From contig CAVPIB010000001.1 of the NCBI GenBank assembly GCA_963704885.1, positions 384,001 to 448,000 on the forward strand: a stretch of 64,000 nucleotides of DNA, read 5' to 3'. Each line of letters opens with the position of its first letter. Positions within the stretch are counted from its first letter, which is position 1. The DNA is from an uncultured Actinomycetes bacterium. GTDB taxonomy: Bacteria; Actinomycetota; UBA4738; HRBIN12. Positions 38,677 to 48,638 of the stretch are shown here, piece after piece. Made by a program: the position numbers and the translations under genes. The notes under the pieces are model-generated. The model was not told where the DNA came from, searched no databases, and saw only the letters and a list, made by a program, of their open reading frames with translations.

Positions 38677-40575
38677 CTAGGCGTCGTCCTCGCCGGACTC
38701 GCGTCGCCTGCGAGCGAGCACGAACGCGCCCACGATCACGACCGCGGCCGCCAGGATCCCGATCCACAGTCCGGCCGAGATACCGCTAGAGCTGCTACTA
38801 CCGCCCTCACCAGCGGCGGTGCCGCTGACGGGCCGGATGTTCATGAACGACAGTGGTCCGTAGGTGGCCAGCAGATCGCCGTCGGGATCCGGCTGAGGCA
38901 AGAACCCCTCCCAGTCCGAGCTGTGAGCCTGGAGCGACGCGCCGTTCCACAGCATGATGTAGGGCTGATCGCGATAGAGGATCGCCTGCATCTGATGGAT
39001 GATGTCCACCCGCGCCGCCGGGTCGGTGACTGCGCCCTGTTGACTGTTGAGCTCGTCGTAGTCGGGGTTGCAGTAGTAGCTATCGGAGTTGCGATAGGTG
39101 TCGGCGTCCGGAGGACGCGCCGCGCACGTGAAGATGTCCACGATGTAGTTCGGGTCGGGGTTCGGGTACCAACCCCACACGAACATGTCGTAGTCGCCAG
39201 CCAAGATCAAGTTGCCCAGCTTGCTGCTGTTGATCGTCTGGGGCTCGAGCTTGATCCCGATCTGTTCCAGCCAGCCGGACACGTAAGGGACGATGTCGAT
39301 CGAGTTCTGGTCCGAGTTCCTGCTTAGGAAGCGGAACACGAGCGGCCTTCCGGACTTGGGGTCCACCCTCACCCCGTCCGATCCCATCTCGTAACCGGCG
39401 TCGTCAAGCATCTGGTTGGCCGCCTCGATGTTGAACGAGAGGTCGGGGTCGTCGGGCCCGGGCTCCCACGGCCCGGTGGTCGCTCCCGGCTGGACGGGCG
39501 AGATCCCGGCCGTGCCGTATCCCAGCAGCACCTTGTCCACGAGCGTCTGGCTGTCCACGGCTCGCCTGATGGCCTGTCGTAACACCACGTCGGTCAACGC
39601 CGGGTGCCCGTCGCCGTGAGGCTTGAAGCCCCCGGCCGGATCCGTCTGATAGGGAGAGCCTGTGTTGATCCCGATCTCGTCGAAGCTGGGGATGGCCGCT
39701 CCACGTGTCTCCATCCCACGGGACTCGAGCGTGTTCAGGATGTTCGCCGACGTGAAGTAGCCGAAGTCGATCTCACCGGACTGCAGCGCGGCTGCCTCGG
39801 CGTCCTGGTTGCCGTAGATCCTGTAGATGATCTGATCGACGTTGGGAGTCAGGCCCGCGTCGAGCCCCCAGAAGTTCGGGTTGCGGTCCATCTGAACGTA
39901 CTGGTTCTTCACGTAGTCGGTGATGATGAACGGACCGGTTCCCACCGACGGGAATCCCGTCTGCTGCTTGGCAGCCTTGTAGTCATCTTCGTACTTACCC
40001 CAGATGTGCTCGGCCAGGATGAAGTCGTAGAGGAAGACTGAGGCCCCTGAGTAGAACGAAGTCGGCTTCTTGCTGGTAAGCACCATAGTGGTGTCGTCCG
40101 GCGCCGAGGCTGACTCCATGAGGGCCAGGTCGGAGCTGTAGTTGGGGACGTTGTTGTCCTTGTAGAAGTTGTAGGTCCACGCGGCGTCCGAGGCGCTGAA
40201 CGGCTCGCCGTCGGACCATTTGACGCCGTCGCGGAAGTGGTACGTGAACGTCATGCCGTCGGAGCTGGTGTCGACGCTTGTCACGATCGAATGCTCGAAG
40301 TCGGGGCTGAAGTCCGTGGTGGCGAAGTTGATCGGGATGTCGTAAGCCAGGGACCACATCACGTAGTCGGTTACCAGATAACCGACCAATGGGTTCAGTG
40401 AACTGGGTTCGGCAACGTCGGCGTACGTGAAGACGACCTTCTCGGGCTCACCGGATGCCGACGATGACGCGTCCTGCGCGAACGCGTAGTTCGCCGCAGC
40501 CGTAGTGGCTACCAAGGTCGCCGCGATGATGACTGAGAGATCGATCGTGCGTCTTGCCCTGATACCCCTAGACAT
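38677..40575 (-). CDS. Oligopeptide ABC substrate-binding protein (family 5) with C-terminal membrane anchor
   Basis: FRDGVKWSDGEPF, VGTGPF, LRQAIRRAVD; C-terminal TM + RRRR. Confidence 0.92.
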   Translation of the reverse strand: MSRGIRARRTIDLSVIIAATLVATTAAANYAFAQDASSSASGEPEKVVFTYADVAEPSSLNPLVGYLVTDYVMWSLAYDIPINFATTDFSPDFEHSIVTSVDTSSDGMTFTYHFRDGVKWSDGEPFSASDAAWTYNFYKDNNVPNYSSDLALMESASAPDDTTMVLTSKKPTSFYSGASVFLYDFILAEHIWGKYEDDYKAAKQQTGFPSVGTGPFIITDYVKNQYVQMDRNPNFWGLDAGLTPNVDQIIYRIYGNQDAEAAALQSGEIDFGYFTSANILNTLESRGMETRGAAIPSFDEIGINTGSPYQTDPAGGFKPHGDGHPALTDVVLRQAIRRAVDSQTLVDKVLLGYGTAGISPVQPGATTGPWEPGPDDPDLSFNIEAANQMLDDAGYEMGSDGVRVDPKSGRPLVFRFLSRNSDQNSIDIVPYVSGWLEQIGIKLEPQTINSSKLGNLILAGDYDMFVWGWYPNPDPNYIVDIFTCAARPPDADTYRNSDSYYCNPDYDELNSQQGAVTDPAARVDIIHQMQAILYRDQPYIMLWNGASLQAHSSDWEGFLPQPDPDGDLLATYGPLSFMNIRPVSGTAAGEGGSSSSSGISAGLWIGILAAAVVIVGAFVLARRRRESGEDDA

Positions 40576-40704
40576 GCCGTTCCCCTTTCAAGCTCTTGCC
40601 CTCTCTTACGCGCCAGGCTCCACGCCCGGTTGACCGGTCGTCGGAGGCGGGGCGCAAGGCGCCTTGTATAGCATCGCCGCACCCGATGGCGCTAGGGCTC
40701 CAGA

Positions 40705-41816
40705 CTATCGGCGGAGCTCCGCCAGGTCGATCTCGGCGTACTCGGACTCGCAGGGATTCCCTGCTGTCACCCACATCCGTCTTGGCTGCCGCGTCGGTCA
40801 CCATGGAGAACATCACCGTCGACGCCTCTTCACCCTCTTCGGGGTCGGGGTGCAGGCAGATCGACTGCGGAGATGACTCGTGGTCACGCATGATCTCCAT
40901 CAGATCCTCCGGCGTGGTGGGATCCCGCTCTATCGAGCAGCTCCCGGAGCCGTTCCAGACGGCCGCGGCTGCCGTCCGACGGCGGCGGTGCCAGCGCCGC
41001 CAGGCCGGGGTCCAGGTAATGGTTGGTGTGTGGTCCCGCCTGATCCAGTACGACGTGTTCGCGCCCGGTCGTCTCCACGGTGAACGCGTCGTCGGCGAAC
41101 CCGTAGACGTGTCCGTAACCACCTGCGCGCCCCGGCATGGCCGCCCGCGCGATCGCGTCGGCTCGGTTCCGCGCCTCCAGCGAGCTCCGCGACACCAGGA
41201 CGCGGGGCACTCCCACGCCGTCGTCTAGGGCGGTGAGCGACCCGATGCCCTGGGCGCAGCCGTGTGCGTTCGTTCCGACCGCCGGCAGACAACACACGAC
41301 CGTTGGTGAGGCCACGGGCACGCGACCCCCCTCGGGGACATCGATGATGACAGCGACGTTGCCCACGTCGCCAGTCAGCCAGTGCTCGTTATGTGCCAGC
41401 AGCGTGGTGTCAGGAAGCCGAACCGAGACGCTGGAGCATCGCTCGACGATCGGGGGCTTGACGTAGCCCTCCTTCTTCTGCAGGAAGAGGAGTTCGCCAT
41501 CGGGCGACTCGAGCAGCGGCTCGAGCTCCTCGAAGGCGTTGATCGCGAACAGCTCAAGGATCGGAACCATGGCGCCGATCGACATGCCCTTCAGCACCGC
41601 CAGCGATTCCGGATAGGCGGTTTCGCCCGCCAACAGGTACGGGGTGAGGACATCCTGCAGGGTCTCTGAAGAGGCCCCACGCCGGGAGAGGTACCGATGG
41701 TAGAACTCGATCGAGGGCTGGATCAGGTCGGCGAGCTCCTTGCCGATGTGGGTACCACGCTCGAACGCGTTCCCCTGTGCGCGGACCACCCGGATCTCAG
41801 CCACCGGCGGCATCAT
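40705..41816 (-). CDS. Peptidase C45 family (acyl-CoA:6-APA acyltransferase-like Ntn hydrolase), frameshifted
   Basis: ER|CSS autoproteolytic Cys, LLAHNE, HTNHYL, SICLH, GNPC; two frameshifts near 40930 and 40780. Confidence 0.82.
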
Positions 41817-41851
41817 CCCAGCGGGGAGGCTGTGGCGCTAGTCAGTTCGAG

Positions 41852-43145
41852 CTAGGCGTCGGCAAGAGCCTGCTCCTCGATCTCCACCACGAACCGCGCC
41901 TTCCCATCGATGTATGCCTGTACGTCGCGCGGGTGTTCGGCAGCCAAACGTCGCTTCAGAGCTGCGTAAGCGGCGGCGGCGGCGTCGTGTGTGCGGAGGT
42001 AGTCGCGGAAGGCCAGGTGGCGCCATTCCCACTCGCTCCTCGCTTGGCAGAGGTGGACGTGAACCTTCCGCGGTTCGTTGGGTTCGTATCCTGAGCTCAG
42101 GAACTCGTGCTCGGGTTCGATCGGGTCGATGGCATGCTTGAAGCCCATCCGCGCGAGACGGTCGACGATCGGCGCACGTGGAGTGATCGACGCCACCGAT
42201 ACCTGGATGTCGATGACGGGTTTGGCGGCGAGACCCGGCACAGAGGTCGAGCCGACATGCTCGATGCTCAGGGCGAGGTCACCCAAGACGTTCCGGATGG
42301 CCGCCGCCTCGATCTCGAACATCTCCGGCCAGGTGGGGTCGTAGTCCACGATCGAGTATTCGCGACCACGACCTTCGGCCTCACCGGGCTTGGCCCGCGT
42401 TCCGCGCCAATGGGCAGCAGACCGACCGTCGAACAGAGCCTGTTGCGCCCGGTCGGTGGGAGCCGTGTCCTCGGGGTGCCATTGGACTCCAACCATCCAG
42501 GAGTCTCGTCGTAGGAGTCGCCGACCGCAGCTCGATGGCCTCGACCAGTCCGTCGTGGCTCCAGCCGGTAGCGGCGAGGTCGCTCGCCGATGCGATCGAC
42601 TCCCTGATGGTGGTGGGATGAACAGGTCAACTCGTCGACTCCGGAGGTTGCCAGTAGCCGGCTCCTGGCGTGATCTTCACGTCGTGCGTCGTGACGGAGT
42701 CGGCCGTTGGGACACCATGCTCCCGCAGGCCGGGGATGTCGGGTAGATGCTGGTGGAGCGTTCCGCCGAACGTCACGTTCATGATCTGCATCCCCCGGCA
42801 GATCGCGAGGGTGGGGACGTTCAGCTCGTCAGCCGCCAGTAGTAGGCCGATCTCCAGCTCGTCTCGGTCCTCCTCGACGCCGTAGTTGTGCTCGGTGTCG
42901 GGCGCGGCGCCGTAGCGCGCCGGGTCCACATCGCCGCCGCCTACGAGCACCAGCCCGTCGAACGGCTCGAGGATCTCTTCGGGGTCACCGGTCTCGCCCG
43001 GGCTCACGATCAGCGTGCGTGCTCCGGCCCGGCGGAGCGCATCGATGTAAGGACCGGGGACGCCGTAACCGCCGTCGGGCCAGCGGGTCACCCTGCCGGG
43101 CTCGAGGTGGTAGCCGGCTATCGCGATGAGCGGCCGGTGGTCCAT
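41852..43145 (-). CDS. Peptidase C26 (gamma-glutamyl-GABA hydrolase-like) fused to GrpB-like domain, frameshifted
   Basis: GLVLVGGGDVDP, LAICRGMQ, SSHHHQGV, GVQWHPE; same frame continues into YDPTWP..IEHVGSTSVPGLAAKPVIDI..FRDYLR (GrpB). Confidence 0.8.
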
Positions 43146-43190
43146 CGAGCGAGTGTACGGGGGCACGGCAGGGAGAGCGGGCCTGCGAGT

Positions 43191-43219
43191 TTGACGCCTT
43201 TTGTCAGACAATCTAGCCT
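43191..43219 (+). promoter_or_regulatory. Sigma70 promoter with GntR-type palindromic operator
   Basis: TTGACG (43191-43196)-17 bp-TAGCCT (43214-43219), 6 nt before ATG; palindrome TTGTCAGACAA (43201-43211) in the spacer. Confidence 0.7.
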
Positions 43220-43225
43220 GCTGCG

Positions 43226-43957
43226 ATGAAGCGACGACTGTCGATCTCGGTGCGCGATACGCTCGCATCTCGGATCACGACGGGCGACATCCCGGCGGGC
43301 AGCCGTCTTCCGCCCGAACCGGAGCTCGCCGTCGAGCTCGGGGTGTCGCGTGCCACTCTCCGCGAGGCACTCCGGTCGCTCGAAGAGGATGGTTTCGTGA
43401 CCCGAACGCGTGGTGCCGGCACCTACGCCTCGCACCGGCCCAGGCTGCGGAACAACCTGGACGTCAATTTCGGTGTGACCGAGGCGATCCGGGCCGCGGG
43501 TATGAGGGCCGGGACGGTGCAGAGCGAGATCCTTAGCGTTCGGGCGGACGTGGAGGAGGCGCGGTCGCTGGATCTGGCGCCCGGCGATCCCATCTTGGTC
43601 CTGGAGCGTGTCAGGTCGGCGGACGATCGGCCAGTGGTGTTCTCCCGCGACGTGGTGGCGGCCACGTTGCTCCCTGCGGACGCGCTCGAAAGACTCCGCG
43701 ACGGATCGGTCTACGACCTCATCGAACAGAAGGCCGGCGCGACGGTCCAACACGGCGTGGTGACCCTGGAGCCGATGAAGGCCGATCGAACGTTGGCCCA
43801 GCGGCTCGACGTGGAGCCAGGCGAGCTACTCCTCTACCTCCGGCAGGTCGACTACGACCGGACCGGAGGTCCCATCTTGCTGTCACACGAGTACCACCTG
43901 GCGAGCGCGTTCGAATTCAGCGTGGTTCGCCGCGGACCCGGAAGGAGACCCGGATGA
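43226..43957 (+). CDS. GntR-family regulator (HutC/UTRA subfamily)
   Basis: LPPEPELAVELGVSRATLREAL..GAGTY; UTRA-like C-terminus. Confidence 0.93.
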   Translation: MKRRLSISVRDTLASRITTGDIPAGSRLPPEPELAVELGVSRATLREALRSLEEDGFVTRTRGAGTYASHRPRLRNNLDVNFGVTEAIRAAGMRAGTVQSEILSVRADVEEARSLDLAPGDPILVLERVRSADDRPVVFSRDVVAATLLPADALERLRDGSVYDLIEQKAGATVQHGVVTLEPMKADRTLAQRLDVEPGELLLYLRQVDYDRTGGPILLSHEYHLASAFEFSVVRRGPGRRPG

Positions 43958-44778
43958 ACATAGGGAAGTCCATGCGCTTGAAGAGAGTGATAGATCCGGC
44001 CGGCGTGTCGATCATCTGCGCGCTCGACCATGGCATGACGTCGCCGAGGTTCCTGGAACCGCTCGCCGACATCACGTCGCGAGCCGCGGAGACCGTGGCC
44101 GGCGGTGCCAACGTGATCATGATGAGCAAGGGGATGATCCGGATCGCGCATCCGGCGTTCTCGAGGGAGACGTCGCTCGCCATGTTGCTCTCGGCGTCAG
44201 CCAACCCCGACGGCGATCGGCCCCAGATCGTCCAGATCGGAGAGGTGGAGGAGGCTCTCCGTCTGGGCGCCGACGCGGTCGTGTTGTTCACGGCGCTCGG
44301 CGGCGACACCGAGGCGGGGATGATCGACATCCTGGCCGACGTCGGCCGCGAGTGCGAGATCCTGGGTATGCCTTTCATCGCCGAGGCCGAGTTCCCCACG
44401 ACCTACGCCTCCGTCGAAGAGCTCAAGCAGCAGTACGGGTTCGAATACCTGCTTAGGAGCGTGCGTCTGTGTGCCGAGCTCGGCGCCGACATAGTGAAGA
44501 CGAACTGGCCGGGCGATGCGGAGTCGTTCGCGAAGCTGGTGGAGGCCACGTCGGGGATACCGATGGTGCTCGCCGGCGGATCGCGACTGGAGGACAAGGA
44601 GCTCTTGACCCGCATGGAGCAGGCGATGGCGGCGGGCGCCATCGGCTGCTCGGTGGGGCGGAACATCTTCATGCACAGCTCTCCGGAGGCCATCTCGAGA
44701 GCGTTGTCACGCGTGATCCGCGAACGGTGGACCGCCGAGAAGGCGCACGATGCCCTCAAGGAGGAGATGGCGTCATGA
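43954..44778 (+). CDS. Class I aldolase (DhnA/FbaB/LsrF family)
   Basis: ALDHG, EEALRLGADAV, AELGADIVKT Schiff-base Lys, AGG, VGRNIF. Confidence 0.88.
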   Translation: MNIGKSMRLKRVIDPAGVSIICALDHGMTSPRFLEPLADITSRAAETVAGGANVIMMSKGMIRIAHPAFSRETSLAMLLSASANPDGDRPQIVQIGEVEEALRLGADAVVLFTALGGDTEAGMIDILADVGRECEILGMPFIAEAEFPTTYASVEELKQQYGFEYLLRSVRLCAELGADIVKTNWPGDAESFAKLVEATSGIPMVLAGGSRLEDKELLTRMEQAMAAGAIGCSVGRNIFMHSSPEAISRALSRVIRERWTAEKAHDALKEEMAS

Positions 44779-45827
44779 GGGCCGCGTTCATGACCGACGT
44801 GAACGCTGTTGCGGTGGGCGAGGCTGAGGAGCCGAAGCTGGATCCCCGCGGCGCGATCTTGAAGGTCGAGGCGTGCGGGATCTGCGGCACCGACGCACGG
44901 ACCTTCTTCAACGGCGACCCGAAGGCGCCTGCTCCGTGGGTCCTCGGTCATGAGCCGGTCGGGACGCTCGCGGAGGTCGGCCCCGAGGCCGAGCTGCCCC
45001 CCGGCGTGTCTGCGGGCGACCGGGTCTTCCTGGGGTCGATCCTCACGTGCGGGGAGTGCCGCTGGTGCACGGAGGGGTTCCAGAACCTCTGCGAACACCA
45101 CCTGCTGTACGGCTACGACCCCTACCCCGGCGCGTACGCCGAGTACGCCGCCGTGCCGCCGATCGCCATGAAGAACCTGATCCCGCTGCCCGAGGATCTG
45201 CCATCGGACCTGGCCACGGTGGCCGATCCGTTCGCGTGCGCGCTGAACGGGATGGAGGTCTTGGACGTGCAGCTCGGCGACACCGTCATGATCTTGGGCA
45301 CGGGGCCGATCGGGTGCTGGCAGGCGGTCATGGCTCGCGACCGTGGTGCGAGCCGCGTGTGGATGACGGATGTCAGCCGGGACCGGTTGGACCTGGCGCT
45401 CAGCGTCGTGGGGCGGTTCATCGACGACGCTTGGGTGGCCGGTGAGGACAACGGCGTCGAAGAGGTGCTATCGCGTACCGATGGCGTGGGGGTCGAACGG
45501 GTGAGCGTTGCTGCGCCGGCGAAGCCGGCGCAGCAAGCCGCGCTCGAGATGGCCGCCAAGCGCGCGCGGGTCGTGTACTTCGCCGGGCTGCCGAAGCACG
45601 ACCCGGTCAGCCCGCTCGACATGAACCAGCTCCACTACAAGGAGCTATCCATCCTGGGGGCCTACGGGGCGACCCACCGCCAATACCGGATCACGATGGA
45701 CTACCTGAACCGCCGTCGCGAGGACCTGGAAGGCGTGGTGACGCACCGGTTCCCGCTCGAGAAGATCGCCGACGCGTTCGAGACCATCCGGTCCGGCTCG
45801 GGGCTGAAGATGGTGATCGTGCCGTGA
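44775..45827 (+). CDS. Zinc-dependent (polyol) dehydrogenase
   Basis: CGICGTD, LGHE, CGECRWC..C, GTGPIG. Confidence 0.92.
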   Translation: MRAAFMTDVNAVAVGEAEEPKLDPRGAILKVEACGICGTDARTFFNGDPKAPAPWVLGHEPVGTLAEVGPEAELPPGVSAGDRVFLGSILTCGECRWCTEGFQNLCEHHLLYGYDPYPGAYAEYAAVPPIAMKNLIPLPEDLPSDLATVADPFACALNGMEVLDVQLGDTVMILGTGPIGCWQAVMARDRGASRVWMTDVSRDRLDLALSVVGRFIDDAWVAGEDNGVEEVLSRTDGVGVERVSVAAPAKPAQQAALEMAAKRARVVYFAGLPKHDPVSPLDMNQLHYKELSILGAYGATHRQYRITMDYLNRRREDLEGVVTHRFPLEKIADAFETIRSGSGLKMVIVP

Positions 45828-47351
45828 CGGGGGGTCCGTACGTCATCGGCTGCGACGTCGGGAGCCAAGGGACGAACGCCGCGCTCTACGCCGCCGACGG
45901 CACGCTGGTCGCATCGGCATACGAGGCTTATGACCTTGTCCTTCCCGCAGCCGTCCTGGGCCGAGCAGGATCCGGATCTGTGGGTTCGGGCCACCGAACG
46001 GACAGTGGCGACGTTGGTCGTGGGTCTGGACGAGGACCCGAGCGCGATCAAGGGGTTGTCGTTCGGCTCGCAGCTGGACGGGATGGTCGTCTGCGACGCG
46101 AAGGGCCGGCCGCTCCGTCCGGCCATGATCTGGATGGACCGCCGGGCCGAGGATCAGTCGGCAGAACTGGCGAAGGTGATGACACCTCGAGAGTTCTACC
46201 GCCACGTTGGCGCCAACCTGGACTCGTCGCATGCGGTCTTCAAGGCGTTGTGGGTCCGCGACGAGGAACCCGAGCTATGGAAGGACGCGGCGATCTTGAT
46301 GTCGCCGGGGACGTACGCGCTCCGCGCGGCGACCGGCGTCACCGCGGTCGACTACTCGAATGCGTCGTCGTTCGCGCTGCTAGATCCGCGAACGCGCGAC
46401 TGGTCGCCGGAGGTCTTGGCGGCCGTTGGTATCGACGCGTCGATGCTCCCGGAGCTCGCGGCCGGGACCCAGTCCGTCGGCACCGTGACGGCGGCGTTCG
46501 TCGGTGCGACCGGACTGTCGCCCGACACCGTGGTCGCGGTCGGCTGCGGCGACGAGATGGCTGCCACCCTCGGCGCCGGCGTGTTCGCGCCCGGCGAAGT
46601 ATGCGACGTGGTGGGCACAGCCGAGCCGGTCTGCGCCGCGTCGGCCGAGCCGCGCGAGGACCCCACCATGCTCGTGGAGTGCCATCCGCACGCCGACCCC
46701 GACGTGTGGCTGTTGGAGAACCCGGGGTTCGTGTCGGGCGGGAACCTGCGCTGGTGGCGTGACCAGTTCGCGCCGATCGAGCGCTCCGCCGAGGCCGAAG
46801 GTTTGGGCGACGCGTACGACTTCTTGTCTCAGGAGGCCTCGACCGTGCCGGCCGGAGCGGAAGGGCTGGTGTTCCTGCCGTGCATGCAGGGGGCCATGGC
46901 GCCCGAGTGGAACGGGGCGGCGCGCGGCACGTTCTACGGTCTGACGCTCGCGCACAGCCGCGCGCACATGACGCGTGCCGTGCTCGAAGGGAGCGCGTTC
47001 GGCCTGCGCGACATCCTCGAGGCGATGGTGAACGCCGGCCTGGACGTCAGACGCCTGACGATCGTCGGCGGCGGGGCCAAGGGCCCCCTCTGGCGCCAGA
47101 TCAAGGCCGATGTGACCGGTCTGCCGGTTCGCGTGCCAGCGAGCGTCGAGACCACGGCCACGGGCGCCGCGATCCTGGCCGCGGTCGGCTCTGGCGTGCA
47201 TCCCACCGTAGCCGAGGCGGTGGACGCGTTCGTCGCGTTCCAGCCGGACGAGCATCAACCAGACCCTGAGCGTCGCGAGGCATATGACGAGGCGTACCGG
47301 CGTTACCGGGACGTCTATTTCGCGTTGAAGCCGGTGTTCGAGGCCGGATAG
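45824..47351 (+). CDS. FGGY carbohydrate kinase (xylulokinase-like); frameshift near 45935
   Basis: IGCDVGSQGT, WAEQDP, IWMDRRA, GCGDE, RAVLEG, GGGAK. Confidence 0.9.
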
Positions 47352-47357
47352 TCGGCG

Positions 47358-48638
47358 CTACACCCCACGCTCGTAGCGTTCGCGCTCCCAGTCGGTGACC
47401 GTCTCGCGCCAGGCCTTCAGCTCCCAAGCGCGGGATGTCGCGTAGTAGTCGCTGAAGCGTTCCCCGAGGGCCTGCCTGAGCACCGGATCGTCCTCGAACG
47501 CCCTGAGGGCGGACTCGAGGGACCCGGGCAACTCCGCCAGGTCGACGAGCGCGTAGGCATCCCCCTCGACGGGCGCCGGCGGAACGAGCTTTCGCCGGAT
47601 GCCGTCGGCCATAGAGGCGGCGATCACCCCGAGCGCCAGATACGGGTTGGCGTCGGCCCCGGGCCTGCGGCATTCGAACCGCCACAGATCCGCCTGGGTT
47701 GAACGGATCGCGCGTACGGCGCAGGAGCGGTTCTCGTAACCCCAGGTTGCGTTGATCGGCGCGAACCAGCCCGGGACGAGACGCTTGTAGGAGTTCACCG
47801 TCGGGTTCAGCAGCAACGAGGCGGCCGGCAGGTGTTGGACCACACCGGCGATGGCAGCGGCGAACACGGGTGGTAAGTCGTCCGCCGGGTCTGGCGCGGC
47901 GAACATGTTCGTCTCGTTGTTCCAGCACGACATGTGGACGTGCCCGCTCGAGCCTTCTTCGCCGGGCACGGTCTTCGCCAGGAAGCTCGCCCGCATGTCC
48001 ATCGACGCGGCCAACTGCTTGACCCCGAACTTCACGAGGGCGGCGTCGTCGGCGGCTGCGAGCCCACGGCGCGGTCCGATGTTGAGCTCGAGCAATCCGG
48101 GTCCGGCCTCCGTGTGCACGGCTGACAGCTCCACCCCGAGTCCCTCGAGCGCCGGCACGAGTTCGTCGAGGAACCGCTCGTATCGCCCGATCTCGACCAG
48201 GCTGTAGCTGATCCCGCTCGACATGGGATCCCCCTGCGGATCCCAGAGCCGGATCTCGTACTCGAGCGCGGACATGACCTCGTAGCCCAGGTCTGAGACA
48301 TCCCCCAGCACGGTTCGCAGGACCTCTCGCGAGGCGAACTCGCAGGGAGAGCCGTCGGGCCAGCTGGGGGTCGCCAGACAGATGCGCCAACCCGGCCGCC
48401 AGCTCAGGTCGCGGAGCGTGTCCGGATCCGGGCGCAGGATCAGGTCTGCGGCTCCCGAGCGGATGCCGAACCGCTCGTAGTCGGCGATCGGCGCGTCGAC
48501 GGGGTCAAGACCCAATATGAGGTCGGTCATCACGGTTCCATCCCGCAGCGCCGCCTCGAACGCTTTCGGCCGTAACGCCTTGCCGCGGAGCGAACCATTG
48601 ACGTCGGGAAGACCTAGGAGGACGAACTCCTCGCTCAT
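47358..48638 (-). CDS. Glutamine synthetase family gamma-glutamylase
   Basis: DVNGSLRGK, EYE, HTEAGPGLLE, SSGHVH, NSYKRL, WGYENRS, ECRRPGADANPY. Confidence 0.9.
   Translation of the reverse strand: MSEEFVLLGLPDVNGSLRGKALRPKAFEAALRDGTVMTDLILGLDPVDAPIADYERFGIRSGAADLILRPDPDTLRDLSWRPGWRICLATPSWPDGSPCEFASREVLRTVLGDVSDLGYEVMSALEYEIRLWDPQGDPMSSGISYSLVEIGRYERFLDELVPALEGLGVELSAVHTEAGPGLLELNIGPRRGLAAADDAALVKFGVKQLAASMDMRASFLAKTVPGEEGSSGHVHMSCWNNETNMFAAPDPADDLPPVFAAAIAGVVQHLPAASLLLNPTVNSYKRLVPGWFAPINATWGYENRSCAVRAIRSTQADLWRFECRRPGADANPYLALGVIAASMADGIRRKLVPPAPVEGDAYALVDLAELPGSLESALRAFEDDPVLRQALGERFSDYYATSRAWELKAWRETVTDWERERYERGV

Noticed and set aside
17900-46000. Programmed ribosomal frameshifting at split genes
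   Set aside because: No consistent slippery sequences noticed, and the affected families are not known for recoding; sequencing error is more parsimonious.
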